DNA of 64,000 nucleotides from Bacteroidales bacterium (GCA_017882305.1 JADGPU010000003.1:1006-65005), one strand, 5' to 3'. Shown: positions 28,619 to 40,800, counted from the stretch's first letter. Notes: generated by a model from the letters alone, not told the origin. A program made the numbers and translations.

Positions 28619-29919
28619 ACCTTAATAAGAAAAAAGTAGCTTTCCATACCCTTGGCTGTAAACTCAACTTTGCCGAGACATCAACTATTTCAAGATCATT
28701 TCCTGAAGAGAAATTTGAAAGAGTTCCTGCTAACTCAAAAGCTGATATTTATATAATCAATACCTGTTCTGTTACCGACGTAGCGGACAAAAAATGCAGA
28801 CAGGCAATAAAGAAATTTATAACTCTTTCGCCTGAAGCATTTATAGCAGTAGTTGGCTGTTATGCACAGCTGAGACCGCAGGAAATATCTTCTATCCCTG
28901 GAGTAGATCTTGTACTTGGGACAAATGAAAAGTTCAACATATCTGATTATATAACCGGTTTTAAAAAGAGACAAAAAACAGAAATCCATTCCTGCGATCT
29001 TACTTCATCCGATAGCTTCAACCCCTCATTTTCGCTGGGCGACAGAACTCGGTCATTCCTTAAAGTTCAGGACGGATGCGATTATGGATGTTCATACTGC
29101 ACAATCCCCCTGGCACGTGGACGAAGCAGGAATCCTGAAATCTCAACAATAATCCGCGAAGCAGAGCACATTGCAGGAAGAGGGGTAAAAGAGATTGTTA
29201 TAACTGGAGTAAATATCGGTGATTTTGGAAAATCGACCGGAGATTCATTTACCGGGCTGCTAAATGAGCTGGTTAAAGTACCGGGTATTGAAAGATTCAG
29301 AATATCTTCAATTGAACCCAATCTATTAACTGATGAACTGATTGAGCTGACGGAAACAAATAATAAGGTCCTGCCTCACTTCCATATTCCTTTGCAAAGC
29401 GGAAGTAATAAAATCCTTGGCCTCATGAAAAGAAGATATACAAGGGAAATCTTCGCTTCAAGGATAAAAATGGTAATGGAGAAGATCCCTATAGCCGGAA
29501 TAGGTGTTGATGTAATAGTTGGTTTCCCTGGAGAATCAGATTCTGATTTTGAGGACACATATTCCTTCCTTGATGGAATTCCTCTCTCCTATCTTCATGT
29601 TTTCACTTTTTCCGAAAGACCCGATACAATTGCAGAACAGCTTCCCGGAAAAGTATTATACAAGGATAAAGAGAAGAGGAGTAAAAGTCTCATTGCACTT
29701 TCTAAAGAGAAAAACCTTAAATTTAATAAACTGAATATTGGTCAGGTAACAAATGTTTTGTTTGAAAGCACCCGCAGCGAAGGGTTAATAACCGGCTTTA
29801 CTCCCAATTATATCAGGGTGGAACATCTATGGGAATCAAGACTTACAGGACAGATAAAGAAAGTCAGGTTGAATAAGATATCTTCATCAGGAAGAATGAG
29901 TATTGAACTAATTGAATAA
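28615..29919 (+). CDS. mtaB: tRNA t6A37 methylthiotransferase MtaB (radical SAM)
   Basis: N-terminus VAFHTLGCKLNFAETS (the MtaB/YqeV-type UPF0004 domain), radical SAM CDYGCSYCTIP, C-terminal TRAM-like region. ATGA overlap with the upstream gene. Confidence 0.82.
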   Translation: MNLNKKKVAFHTLGCKLNFAETSTISRSFPEEKFERVPANSKADIYIINTCSVTDVADKKCRQAIKKFITLSPEAFIAVVGCYAQLRPQEISSIPGVDLVLGTNEKFNISDYITGFKKRQKTEIHSCDLTSSDSFNPSFSLGDRTRSFLKVQDGCDYGCSYCTIPLARGRSRNPEISTIIREAEHIAGRGVKEIVITGVNIGDFGKSTGDSFTGLLNELVKVPGIERFRISSIEPNLLTDELIELTETNNKVLPHFHIPLQSGSNKILGLMKRRYTREIFASRIKMVMEKIPIAGIGVDVIVGFPGESDSDFEDTYSFLDGIPLSYLHVFTFSERPDTIAEQLPGKVLYKDKEKRSKSLIALSKEKNLKFNKLNIGQVTNVLFESTRSEGLITGFTPNYIRVEHLWESRLTGQIKKVRLNKISSSGRMSIELIE

Positions 29920-29922
29920 CCC

Positions 29923-30720
29923 ATGATCGATCTTAAATATCTATGTACGGAACTTGAAAGAGTCGCCCGTGAAACAAGCGCTTTTATTCTTAAGGAATCT
30001 AATGGATTCGATATCAACAGGACAGAAACAAAAGGATTGAATGATTTTGTTAGTTATGTCGATAAGGGCTCCGAAAAAATGCTAGTGGAAAAATTAGGCC
30101 TTCTGCTTCCTGAATCAGGATTTATTACAGAAGAAGGAACCTCTAAAAAAATCGGTTTGAAATACTGCTGGGTAATTGATCCCCTCGATGGTACAACAAA
30201 TTTCCTGCATGGCTTTCATCCTTACGCTATCAGTATAGCATTAAAGGAATACGATGAAGTTATTGCAGGGATCGTATATGAAGTCAGTGGAAATGAATCG
30301 TTTATCGCATGGAAAGGAGGAGGGGCATGGCTTAATGGTTTGAAGATCCATGTATCGAGGACCGCAAAACTGGCTGATAGTCTTGTAGCCACAGGTTTTC
30401 CGTACAGCGATTTCAAATTACTTGCTTCATATATGAAATGTCTCACCCATTTCTGTAAACATACCCATGGCATAAGAAGACTTGGTTCTGCTGCAATTGA
30501 TCTTGCTTATGTTGCATGTGGCAGATTCGATACATTCTATGAGTATGGCCTTCATGAATGGGATATTGCGGCAGGGATGCTGTTGGTCAGAGAAGCTGGA
30601 GGAAAGGTGAGCGACTTTTCAGGTAATGAGAAAAACCTTACTGGAGAAGAATTTATAGCTGCGAACAGTATTGTTTTTGCTGAAATCCTGGAAATTGTAA
30701 GTAAATTTATGAAAAATTAA
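29923..30720 (+). CDS. inositol monophosphatase family protein
   Basis: FITEE, WVIDPLDGTTNF, and GSAAIDLAYVACGRFD motifs. Confidence 0.88.
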   Translation: MIDLKYLCTELERVARETSAFILKESNGFDINRTETKGLNDFVSYVDKGSEKMLVEKLGLLLPESGFITEEGTSKKIGLKYCWVIDPLDGTTNFLHGFHPYAISIALKEYDEVIAGIVYEVSGNESFIAWKGGGAWLNGLKIHVSRTAKLADSLVATGFPYSDFKLLASYMKCLTHFCKHTHGIRRLGSAAIDLAYVACGRFDTFYEYGLHEWDIAAGMLLVREAGGKVSDFSGNEKNLTGEEFIAANSIVFAEILEIVSKFMKN

Positions 30721-30733
30721 ACCCTTTTCTTAG

Positions 30734-31618
30734 ATGGCTGCGATAGGATACTACCTCTTTTACGGAATAAACTGGATTTTAACCCTCTTGCCACTACCGG
30801 TTCTTTATATCTTTTCCGACCTTCTCTATCTTGTGCTTTACTACGTAGTTTCATACCGCAGGAAGGTTGTTGCAGACAATCTTAAGAATTCATTCCCTGA
30901 AAAAACTGACGAGGAACGTAAATCCATAGAAAAAAAATTCTATAGGCATTTGGCAGATATTATTATTGAGACTTTCAAGGCTACCCATATGACCAGGGCT
31001 AATCAAAAGAAACGATTCACTTACAGTAACCTCGAAATTATCCACAAGCTCGGGGAGGAGAAAAGAGATATAATTGCTGTCCTCGGTCATTATAATAACT
31101 GGGAATGGCCCACACTACTTCCAGACTATCTGAAATACAAAACCATCATTATCTATAAACCTTTGCAAAACAAGTATTTCAATAATTTTGTTAATAATCA
31201 TAGATCAGAGTACGGTATAGTTCTTACTCCTACATCTCATGTAATAAGGGATATAATTAACTATCGGAAGGATAATATAAATACGCTTTCAGTTTTCATT
31301 TCCGATCAGATTCCTGCAAAGGGAGATATTAAATACTGGACGACTTTTCTGAATCAGGAAACTGCAGTATTTACAGGAGCCGGTAAAATCGCATCTAAGT
31401 ACGATATGGCCGTAGTCTTTTTTCATGTTCAAAAAGTAAAACGTGGTCATTACAATCTTGATATAGAACTTCTTTATGATCATACAGCTGGGCTTTCTGA
31501 AGATGTGATAACAGAAACGCATGTCAGGAGACTCGAAGAGATAATCAAAGAGAAACCCGAGAATTGGATTTGGAGTCATCGCCGCTGGAAGCACAAAAAG
31601 CCGGTTGAAAATGGGTAA
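30734..31618 (+). CDS. lysophospholipid/lipid A biosynthesis (LpxL-HtrB-like) acyltransferase
   Basis: N-terminal membrane anchor, GHYNNWEW (an HX4E-type acyltransferase box), about 290 aa. Confidence 0.72.
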   Translation: MAAIGYYLFYGINWILTLLPLPVLYIFSDLLYLVLYYVVSYRRKVVADNLKNSFPEKTDEERKSIEKKFYRHLADIIIETFKATHMTRANQKKRFTYSNLEIIHKLGEEKRDIIAVLGHYNNWEWPTLLPDYLKYKTIIIYKPLQNKYFNNFVNNHRSEYGIVLTPTSHVIRDIINYRKDNINTLSVFISDQIPAKGDIKYWTTFLNQETAVFTGAGKIASKYDMAVVFFHVQKVKRGHYNLDIELLYDHTAGLSEDVITETHVRRLEEIIKEKPENWIWSHRRWKHKKPVENG

Positions 31619-32633
31619 AACAGCGATAGTAATATTAAACTGGAATGGACTTGGCTTCCTGAGAAGGTTCCTTGGAGTAGTTATTAAATATTCCATTGAC
31701 AATGATACAATAGTTTGTGTGGCAGATAATGGCTCATCAGATGGGTCAATGAAATGGGTTGCTGAAAACTTCAGTGAGGTAAAACTTATAAAACTGGATA
31801 AAAACTACGGGTTTGCCGGTGGATATAATCTCGCTATTAGTCAACTTGATGCCAAATACTTCGTTTTGTTAAATTCTGATATTGAAGTTACTGAAAACTG
31901 GCTTCAACCACTTGTCAGCTTTATGGATAATAATCCTGATGTCGCCTCCTGCCAGCCAAAAATACTTTCATATTATCAGAAAGATCATTTCGAACACGCC
32001 GGTGCAGCCGGATGTTTTATCGACAAATATGGATATCCATTCTGCCGCGGACGAATTATAAATAAAATTGAAATAGATGCAGGACAGTACAATTCTCAGA
32101 TTAACATTTTCTGGTCAAGTGGGGCATGTATGATAGTAAAGAGTGAAGCGTGGAATAAATGCGGTGGTTTCGATGCCGATTTCTTTGCTCATATGGAAGA
32201 GATTGATTTGTGCTGGCGTTTTCATAAAGCCGGATATCGAGTCTGTTTTTTGCCTGATTCGGTGATTTATCATTTAGGAGGTGGCACGCTACCCTATAGT
32301 TCCCCTCTAAAAACATATCTAAACTTCAGAAACAGCCTGTTTCTTCTTTATAAAAATCTGCCTGATAATAAATTACATACTGTTTTGTTCATCAGAAGAC
32401 TATTAGATGCACTCGCTGCAATTTATTTTCTTATGAAAGGCAGTTTCAGAAGTGTCAGGGCCGTCTGGAAAGCGCATATGGATTACTATAAAGTAATAGA
32501 TGAACTTCGGGAGAAGAGAAAAATTGTTAAGAAATTAGAAATGAACCACACTCAGGAATGCATTTTGAACAAGAGTATTGTTTTTGAGTTTTATGTTAAA
32601 GGCAACAAAACTTATAAGAGCCTGATTTCATAA
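31605..32633 (+). CDS. glycosyltransferase family 2
   Basis: AIVILNWNG, VADNGSSDGS, LLNSDIEV, EEIDLCWR (rhamnosyltransferase-like GT2 pattern). Overlaps the upstream gene by 14 nt. Confidence 0.85.
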   Translation: MKMGKTAIVILNWNGLGFLRRFLGVVIKYSIDNDTIVCVADNGSSDGSMKWVAENFSEVKLIKLDKNYGFAGGYNLAISQLDAKYFVLLNSDIEVTENWLQPLVSFMDNNPDVASCQPKILSYYQKDHFEHAGAAGCFIDKYGYPFCRGRIINKIEIDAGQYNSQINIFWSSGACMIVKSEAWNKCGGFDADFFAHMEEIDLCWRFHKAGYRVCFLPDSVIYHLGGGTLPYSSPLKTYLNFRNSLFLLYKNLPDNKLHTVLFIRRLLDALAAIYFLMKGSFRSVRAVWKAHMDYYKVIDELREKRKIVKKLEMNHTQECILNKSIVFEFYVKGNKTYKSLIS

Positions 32634-32645
32634 AACTGAACTAAA

Positions 32646-33815
32646 ATGAAGAGATATCAAATGATAGTATTTTTTTCCATAGTACTCACAATTTATGCTC
32701 TTATAAATATTTACTTATTCTACAAGGGTTACAATGCTATCCCCTGTCTGCAAAAAAACAGACTCCTATATTCAATTACGTTTTTTTTACTTGCTGTACT
32801 CTTTATTGTCGCAAAGATCCTTGAGTCGAAACATTCCTCTGTGATTACGGATATCCTGAATATTGTAGGAGGATTCTGGCTTGCATTCATGCTTTATGGA
32901 TTCTTGTTTTTTCTTCTCTCCGATATCATCTTACTGATCCTGAGAATTCCAGGAATTATAAGAGGTGAAAATATATTTCTATTCAGAAAATGGTCATTTA
33001 TTGTTATAGCTTCAGCGTCTTCTCTTTTGATAATCGGAGGATTCATTAATGCAATAATACCGGTTACAAGGGAATACAATATTACAATAGACAAACCCGC
33101 AGGATCAGTCAGAACCTTACGGATCGCAGCAGTTTCTGATATTCATCTTGGGAGTATCATAAGAAAAAGAAGCCTGAAAAAGATGTCAGGAATCATAAAA
33201 GATATGAAGCCAGATCTTGTCTTGCTTCTCGGAGATATAGTTGATGGTGAAATTGGTCCGGTATTAAGAGGTGATCTCCTTCAGTATTTTACCTCTCCAA
33301 AGTGCACTGATGGTCTATATGCAATTACCGGTAATCATGAATTTATTGGTGGTGCAAATCGTACCATTCCGTATATTGAGAGCAAAGGCATAAGAGTTCT
33401 GAAAGATGAGATGGTAATTCTGGAGGGTGGAATTCAGCTTATCGGGAGAATTGACAGGGATTCATTCCGTTTTTACAGAAAAGAACGATTGTCTCTGGGC
33501 GAACTAATGAAACAGGCAGATACTACAAAACCTGTAATTCTGCTTGATCATCAGCCGTTCCATCTTGACGAAACTGCGAAGTATGGAATTGATCTGCAGC
33601 TTTCGGGACATACGCATAACGGGCAAATGTGGCCACTTAATTATGTAACCAGAATGATTTACGAATTAAGCTACGGCTACCTGAAAAAAAGGAACACAAC
33701 TTTTATTGTCTCATCAGGCTACGGTTTGTGGGGACCAAGAGTAAGGTCGGGAAGCAGATCTGAAGTCCTCTTAATAAACATTACATTTACGGGAGCCGGA
33801 AATGAATTAAAATGA
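32646..33815 (+). CDS. membrane-anchored metallophosphoesterase
   Basis: Four to five N-terminal TM segments, then AVSDIHLG, LGDIVDG, GNHE and SGHTHNGQ. Confidence 0.85.
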   Translation: MKRYQMIVFFSIVLTIYALINIYLFYKGYNAIPCLQKNRLLYSITFFLLAVLFIVAKILESKHSSVITDILNIVGGFWLAFMLYGFLFFLLSDIILLILRIPGIIRGENIFLFRKWSFIVIASASSLLIIGGFINAIIPVTREYNITIDKPAGSVRTLRIAAVSDIHLGSIIRKRSLKKMSGIIKDMKPDLVLLLGDIVDGEIGPVLRGDLLQYFTSPKCTDGLYAITGNHEFIGGANRTIPYIESKGIRVLKDEMVILEGGIQLIGRIDRDSFRFYRKERLSLGELMKQADTTKPVILLDHQPFHLDETAKYGIDLQLSGHTHNGQMWPLNYVTRMIYELSYGYLKKRNTTFIVSSGYGLWGPRVRSGSRSEVLLINITFTGAGNELK

Positions 33816-33819
33816 TCTT

Positions 33820-35133
33820 TTACAGGAGGTCATAAATTTTCTCAAGCCTGATGCCCCTCGAACCTTTTATAAGTATTATGTTCCCCTTTAACGGCTCATC
33901 CTTAAGGAATTCTTTGAGTTTATCTACATTACGAAATGCTTTGAAACCTGATTTTGATGATATTTTATGAAATATGTCACCGACCAGAAGAACCTTTTCT
34001 GCAATGTCAGACTGAAGTACTTTCAATACCTTAACATGTTCCTCTTCGCTCTTTTCACCAAGTTCAAGCATATCGCCAACGATTAAAATCTTATGGTCAG
34101 CTTTTATTGCCGAAAACGAGTCCAGGGCTAAGTACATACTTGTTGGATTGGCATTATATGAATCACATATAAGAGTATTGTTTTTTGTAGTCTTTATCTC
34201 TGACCTGTTATTTGCCGGCTGATATTTTTCAACAGCATCAACAATATCCTTCATCTCAACATCAAGGAAAAGACCTGTAGCTATTGCCGCTCTGACATTT
34301 TCGAGATTAAAGCTGCCAAACATGTTAGTACTTAAATCATAGGTATGATGAAGGTATGTTATTGATATCCTGAGATTAAGATCAGACGGAACCAGATCCA
34401 CAATAAGTTCAATACCAGTAGGATCAGAAAAAGGGACCGCTCTGTTTATTATTCTAAAAATTTTTTCTGCCAGCATTGGATCTTTGTCGTTATACAGCGC
34501 GATTCCGTTTACCTTACGAAGATGCTCATAAAGTTCTGTTTTTGCCTTTGCAACACCATCTACTGATCCAAAACCTTCAATATGAGCAGTTCCGATGTTT
34601 GTAATAATCCCATAATCAGGTTTTGCTATCAGACATAATGTTCTGATCTCACCTATATGGCTTGCCCCCATCTCAATAATCAACATTTCAGTATCACTAG
34701 GTGCTGACAGAATTGTAAGAGGAACTCCGATATGATTATTCAGGTTCCCTTTTGTAAAATGAACTTTAAACTTTTTTGAAAGGATGGCAGCAAGCAACTC
34801 CTTGGTAGTTGTCTTTCCATTTGTACCGGTTATTGCAAGCACCGGAACTTTCATCTCCTTCCTGAAGTGTGATGCAAGAGCCTGCAGTTCAAAGAGACAG
34901 TCATCCACAAGGATTGTGTTTTCAGTTTCAAAAAGAGGATCGTCTATAACGGCACATGATGCTCCTCGTGCAAGAGCCTCGACAGTAAATTTATTTCCGT
35001 TATAATTATCACCCCAGAGTGCAAAGAAAATCTGACCTTTACCCACTGTACGGGAATCAGTCGATACACCTGTGGATTCTTTAAAGAGACTATATAGCTG
35101 TTCAGTTTTCATACTCGTAAAAAAATGCCCCAT
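33820..35133 (-). CDS. murF: UDP-N-acetylmuramoyl-tripeptide--D-alanyl-D-alanine ligase
   Basis: ITGTNGKTTTKE P-loop, GASHIGEI, DSYNANPTSM. The start may instead be the internal ATG at 35112 (MKTEQL). Confidence 0.9.
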   Translation of the reverse strand: MGHFFTSMKTEQLYSLFKESTGVSTDSRTVGKGQIFFALWGDNYNGNKFTVEALARGASCAVIDDPLFETENTILVDDCLFELQALASHFRKEMKVPVLAITGTNGKTTTKELLAAILSKKFKVHFTKGNLNNHIGVPLTILSAPSDTEMLIIEMGASHIGEIRTLCLIAKPDYGIITNIGTAHIEGFGSVDGVAKAKTELYEHLRKVNGIALYNDKDPMLAEKIFRIINRAVPFSDPTGIELIVDLVPSDLNLRISITYLHHTYDLSTNMFGSFNLENVRAAIATGLFLDVEMKDIVDAVEKYQPANNRSEIKTTKNNTLICDSYNANPTSMYLALDSFSAIKADHKILIVGDMLELGEKSEEEHVKVLKVLQSDIAEKVLLVGDIFHKISSKSGFKAFRNVDKLKEFLKDEPLKGNIILIKGSRGIRLEKIYDLL

Positions 35134-35175
35134 TATGATTGCATAATGAGGCTATTGTTGTCAGAGAACCAGATT

Positions 35176-36681
35176 CTATAAACCTGCAGGGCTTCCAACC
35201 CTGATCATTGCACACCTGAAGCCTATATCATCCCGACAGCCTTCCTGATCGAGAAATCTTCTTGAGGATGGATTAAGCCAATAGGCTCTGTCTCTCCATG
35301 ATCCGCCTTTATATACACGGGCATTATCATTAATCAGAGTTACAAAGTCATTAGCGTTTTGAGAGTTATCCTGAGCATACATCCTGAGAGAACCTTTTTT
35401 CCCATCCTCAACTGTAAAATCTTGTCCGCCGCCGCCGGGAATAGCTGACTGCAGGTCTCCGTCCCTGTAGTTTCTGTAATCGCCTTTCTGATAATTATAT
35501 CTGTTTGCTACATCTGCATCCTTAACGGTATCAATATACAAACGTCCCAGCTTATCCTTAGCTACAACCGAACCATTGGCGTCGCGCTTCAGATCGGTAA
35601 AAACATTGCCTCTGAAAGGATTAAAACCTTCGACATCTTCTGAAGTAAGAGGACGGTAAACATCCTGTACCCATTCGTTAACATTTCCCGCCATACAATA
35701 AAGCCCGTAATCGTTTGGCCAGTATGATTTCACATCAACAGTAATACTTCCGTTATCGTTCAGGCTTCCGGCAACTCCCATAAGGTCACCTCTTCCGCGA
35801 ACAAAGTTTGCCATCATCTGACCTCTGTTCTTTTTTGATGAGTTTCTGACATTATGACCATCCCATGGATAAATTCTTCTTTCATAAATCCTCTCCTCAA
35901 ATGTATTGCCTCTGAGTGCATAAGCAGCGAATTCCCATTCAGCTTCTGTAGGAAGCCTGTAACTGGGAAGTAGCACTCCATCTTCAAAGTTTGTCCGGCG
36001 CTCGGTCTGATTTGGATTAAGACTTGGGCGTAACTGATTTACAACACCTTCATACTGACCTGCCAGATATGCCTCTGTATTAAAGTTCTTCTCATTTGAC
36101 TGGTTTGGATCGGGGTTAAGTTCACCTTCATCAATAAGTAATTGTTCATTAACCCTGTCGGTTCTCCAAAGACAAAAATCGTTTGCCTTTACCCAGCTTA
36201 CACCAACAACCGGATAATTATTATAAGAAGGGTGCCGGAAATAATACTGGACATAAGGATCATTAAAACCCATCGGCGACCTCCAGACTAATGTATCAGG
36301 CAAGGCTCTTCTATAAACTTCAGGATAATCTTTGTAAACCCTGCGCAGCCAGAAAAGATATTCCCGGTAGTCAACATTCTTAACTTCTGTTTCATCCATA
36401 TAAAATGATGATACTGTAACTGTTCTTGGTCTGTTATTCCAGTCAAACATTACATCCTGCTGAACCTGCCCCATAGTAAAACGGCCTCCCTCTATCAGCA
36501 CCAGACCAGGACCTGTTTTCTGGTCAGCTCCAAGAGCAACTTCAAATCCACCATTGTCAGGATCATTATACCTCCATCCTGTTGAAGAGGAAACTTCATC
36601 TTTCCCCTTTTTCTTAAATATACAGGATGTAAAAAGCATGACAGCAATTAAAACAACTGGTAAGGCTCTGAATTTATACAT
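35176..36681 (-). CDS. gldJ: gliding motility lipoprotein GldJ (formylglycine-generating-enzyme/SUMF1-like fold)
   Basis: Preferred start is the ATG at 36681 (MYKFRALPVVLIAVMLFTSC, with a lipobox Cys). FGE-like blocks GGRFTMG, NYPVVGVSW, RLPTEAEWEFAA, GNVNEWVQD, VYKGGSW. Adjacent to murF and porU as in characterised gliding Bacteroidota. Confidence 0.8.
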   Translation of the reverse strand: MYKFRALPVVLIAVMLFTSCIFKKKGKDEVSSSTGWRYNDPDNGGFEVALGADQKTGPGLVLIEGGRFTMGQVQQDVMFDWNNRPRTVTVSSFYMDETEVKNVDYREYLFWLRRVYKDYPEVYRRALPDTLVWRSPMGFNDPYVQYYFRHPSYNNYPVVGVSWVKANDFCLWRTDRVNEQLLIDEGELNPDPNQSNEKNFNTEAYLAGQYEGVVNQLRPSLNPNQTERRTNFEDGVLLPSYRLPTEAEWEFAAYALRGNTFEERIYERRIYPWDGHNVRNSSKKNRGQMMANFVRGRGDLMGVAGSLNDNGSITVDVKSYWPNDYGLYCMAGNVNEWVQDVYRPLTSEDVEGFNPFRGNVFTDLKRDANGSVVAKDKLGRLYIDTVKDADVANRYNYQKGDYRNYRDGDLQSAIPGGGGQDFTVEDGKKGSLRMYAQDNSQNANDFVTLINDNARVYKGGSWRDRAYWLNPSSRRFLDQEGCRDDIGFRCAMIRVGSPAGL

Positions 36682-36764
36682 AACTCCTTTAGTTTTATGG
36701 CTTTTAAGAATACCCAAATATAACAAATTTTACTAAACTATTTTTTTCTACTCATCAAATATAA

Positions 36765-37733
36765 CTACAATTTAGGGAAATTTATTGTTTTGATTGTATT
36801 TCTTTTTTCAACATTATTTAAACTGAATGCCAGTCCTGTCTGATGAAGAAGCGATAATGGCATCAAATTATTTCCTGAAACTGCATTAAACCTATAATTG
36901 TAATAAACTGTTATTCTGCCGGTATTGAAAGAAAAACCTGTCTGAATATTCAGGTTTTTTCCATTATCGCCCAAAACTACAGCATTAATTGTCAGATATT
37001 TACTATTTAACGCCACTCCTGCCCCCCCACTAATGAATGCTCTCTGTATTTCAAAATATGTGATAGGCTGGAGTTTCAGATTCTGTGCTTTTCCTAGGGT
37101 AAAATCCCCTGACAAATGAACGAGAAGTTTTCTTTTTAATCTTTCATTGGAATTACCTGTGGCTGACAAGTCAGGTTCGGCAAGGTGATTAATAGAAAAC
37201 CCGCCTGAAAATTTTCCTGACGTAAAGAGAAAACCTGCACCAATATCAAATACAGTCCTCCCTGTCGATGCCAGTATTTCAGAGGAAGGAATTGACACTC
37301 CTCCCAGAGGATCGATCTGGTCAGGTAAAACTGCATTTTCAAAGTTAAATCCCCTGTGGTAAATTGAAGCTGAAAGCCCTCCATTAATAAAAAGATCCTT
37401 CCCGGCCTGTAAAAAATATGAATATGATAATCCTCCCCGGAAATCATTAATAATACTACCCAGATAATCATCTGAGAGATACAGCGCTGCGCCGCCGTGT
37501 AATTCAGAAAAATATGAATCGTACGAAAAATAAATAGAATGAAGGTTATAATTGTTCCCGGGATAAAAGTTAAGATATGACAATCTTATTACACCTCCTT
37601 CTCCGCTTCCGGCAAGTGAAGGATTATTCATCAACATCATCTGAAAGCCCGGCCCGGGATCAGTCTCCTGTCCGAAACAATATGAAGGCAGTAAGAAGAT
37701 GAATAAAACTATTTTATTAAGGCGTCGCAACAT
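36765..37733 (-). CDS. PorP/SprF family T9SS-associated outer-membrane protein (divergent)
   Basis: 322 aa with a signal peptide. Early NNPSLAGS motif, beta-barrel-like alternation, terminal aromatic-rich strands. Sits in the gldJ/porU context. Confidence 0.55.
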   Translation of the reverse strand: MLRRLNKIVLFIFLLPSYCFGQETDPGPGFQMMLMNNPSLAGSGEGGVIRLSYLNFYPGNNYNLHSIYFSYDSYFSELHGGAALYLSDDYLGSIINDFRGGLSYSYFLQAGKDLFINGGLSASIYHRGFNFENAVLPDQIDPLGGVSIPSSEILASTGRTVFDIGAGFLFTSGKFSGGFSINHLAEPDLSATGNSNERLKRKLLVHLSGDFTLGKAQNLKLQPITYFEIQRAFISGGAGVALNSKYLTINAVVLGDNGKNLNIQTGFSFNTGRITVYYNYRFNAVSGNNLMPLSLLHQTGLAFSLNNVEKRNTIKTINFPKL

Positions 37734-37851
37734 ATTAAAAATTACTGCAATATCAACGTAATGATGTCGTTAATATTATATTAAGCCCTGGCATACAAAA
37801 ACACAAAATAAAGTAGCAAACAAAGAGCACATTTCTATCTTTGTCAGTACA

Positions 37852-40800
37852 ATGAGAAGAATTTTTCAAATATTGCCATTATTCCTTTTACTTTTATCTG
37901 CAAACCTGTATGCGCAGAATTCCAAAGATAGTTATTCTTCAAATTCTAAACTCTCCGAAGGTTTATGGTTCAAGATAGCAGTCACCTCAGATGGAATTTA
38001 CAGGATCGACTATTCAAGACTTAAACAACTCGGCTTGGAGGATCCATCCAATCCAAGGATTTTTGGCAACAACTCCGGCCAGTTATCATATTATAATGAC
38101 GACCCAAAACCCGACGACCTGAAAGAGCTGTCAATCCTTACATTTACAGGAAGTGATGGCATTTTCAATGAGGGAGATTACCTCCTTTTTTTTGCAAAAG
38201 GTACAGGCAGGTGGCTTTATAACCAAACCACAAAAGAATATGATTATCTGCATCACAATTATTCTGATACTGCATTTTATTTCATAACCTCAGAGCCAAC
38301 TCCCGGGAAAAAGATCGTGACTGCTGTGGAACCTCCACAGCCTGCAACTTATACTTCATCAGAATCAGATGCTTTATTTATACATGAACAGGATAACGAA
38401 AACCTTATTAAGTCAGGAAGAGATTGGTTTCAGGAGATATCGACGATACATATCGACCCCGGATTCACCGAACTTGTATCTTCAGAAAATGTAAAATACA
38501 ATATCAGGGTCGCAGCAAGAGCTTCGGTTCCCACTATCTTCAGATTATACGAAGGAAACTTACTCGAAAAAAGCATTCAGGCTGATGGAGTCGATCTTTT
38601 TGATTATACCGGAACGTATGCCCAGATTACTGATTCGGCAGGATCAATTCAACCTTCTTCAATATCTCCGGTTTATGATATAACATTCTTTAATAATGGT
38701 GAAACAGGCGCACATGGATGGCTTGATTGGATAACGTTGCAGGGAAGAAGGTCAAATTCATTTTCCGGCTCAGAAATGCAATATAGTGATTCAAAATCTG
38801 TTGCTCCGGGCAGGGTGACCGGATTCACAATAAAGAGCCTTAACAATGATGCTTTAATCTGGGATATTACTGATCCTCTCAATGTTAAGCAGATTCAGTA
38901 TACCAGAGACGGAGAAAATATTGGCTTTAAAAGTACTACTGACACCCTTAAGACATTTATTGCTTTTACAACAGACAATGCAGTTGTGCCCTTAATTAAA
39001 ACGGCTGCGGTTCCAAACCAGGATCTGCATTCGTCTGCTTCTGCTGATATGATTATTATTACCCACCCATTATTCAAAGCTTATGCTGAAAAACTGGCAG
39101 ATATTCATCTGAAGGACGATGGTCTGAAATCACAGATTGTTACACCGGAACAGATATATAATGAATTTTCAGGTGGAATACCTGACATTGCAGCGATCAG
39201 AAATTTTTTGAGAATGAAGTATTTTAAACAGAAGGGCAGCTCTCATCCACTTAAATATCTGCTCCTCTTCGGAGATGGCTCTTATGAAAACAAAACACCA
39301 CCTCCCAATAATCCCAATTTTATTCCTACTTATCAGTCACAGAATTCCAATGTTGTTGTTTCTTCTTTTACATCTGATGATTTTTATGGGCTGTTAAATG
39401 ACGGAGATGGAGAAGCAGATGGTACTCTGGATATTGGAATCGGACGTCTGCCCGTTTCTGATACCACGCAGGCAGGCATAGTCCTGTCAAAGATTAAAAG
39501 ATACCTCGATCCTGCTAATATGGGTGACTGGAAAAACGTGATATGTCTTACAGCAGATGATGAAGATGGTAACACTCACATGGCTGATGCTGAGGGCCTT
39601 GCTGCAGTTCTTAATGACAGTGTTCCTGCTTATAATATTGATAAAATCTATCTTGATGCTTTCAGTCAGATTACAACAGTGAATGGACAGTCATATCCGG
39701 AAGTGAATAAAGCAATCAACGATCGTATCAATTCAGGATGCCTTATTTTCAATTATACCGGTCATGGAAACGAGAGTGGTCTTGCAGCCGAAAGAGTGGT
39801 CAAAACAGAAGATATTAACTCCTGGAAAAATGGCGGAAAACTCCCGCTTTTTATTACGGCTACCTGCGAATTCAGCCGTTTTGATGACATTGAAATTAAT
39901 TTAGCAACCAGGCAGATAACGGGCAAACCATCAGGTGGTGAGATGGTCCTTCTGAACAAAGATGGGGGCGGCATTGCTTTAATGTCTACTACCAGGGTTG
40001 TATATTCCGCTCCAAATTATGATCTGAACAGGAACATATTCAGTAGCGCTTTCAATCATGACGAATCAGGCAATCCTCTGTGTTTGGGAGACATTATTAA
40101 GATCGCTAAAAACACCTCCGGATCCGGTCCGAATAAAAGGAACTTTACTCTGCTTGGAGATCCGGCATTAAAACTTGCCTATCCTTATCATGGCAAGGTC
40201 ATAACAGACTCTGTTAATAATGTATCTGTCTATGATAAAATTGACAGTCTGAAAGCGCTATCACTTATTACTATTGCAGGACATATAGAAGATCCTCTCG
40301 GAAAACCACTGAACACTTTTAATGGGGTAGTCTCTCCTCTGGTATATGATAAATCAAGTAAAATTAAGACTCTCGCTAATGACGGCGGGCAGAGTATGAC
40401 TTTCAATCTCAGGAACAACATTCTTTTCAGTGGCAAGACAATGGCAAAAAAAGGCAGATTCAGATTTACTTTTATTGTTCCAAGGGATATTGATTATTCA
40501 TTCGGTTCAGGAAAAATCAGCTATTATGCCAACGATGACAAGGAAGATATGAACGGTAGTTTCAACGATATAATTGCAGGCGGTTTCTTTAAAACCCTCC
40601 TGACTGATAATGAGGGTCCCGATATTAAATTATATATGAACGACACTCTCTTCAGAAACGGCGGACTTACAGACAGCAATCCGAGGCTCATTGCTATTAT
40701 AAATGACAAGGATGGCATTAATACGACCGGATCAGGCATAGGACATGATTTAACAGGTTTCCTCGATAATGAATCTAACAGATCTTTTCTCCTTAACAGT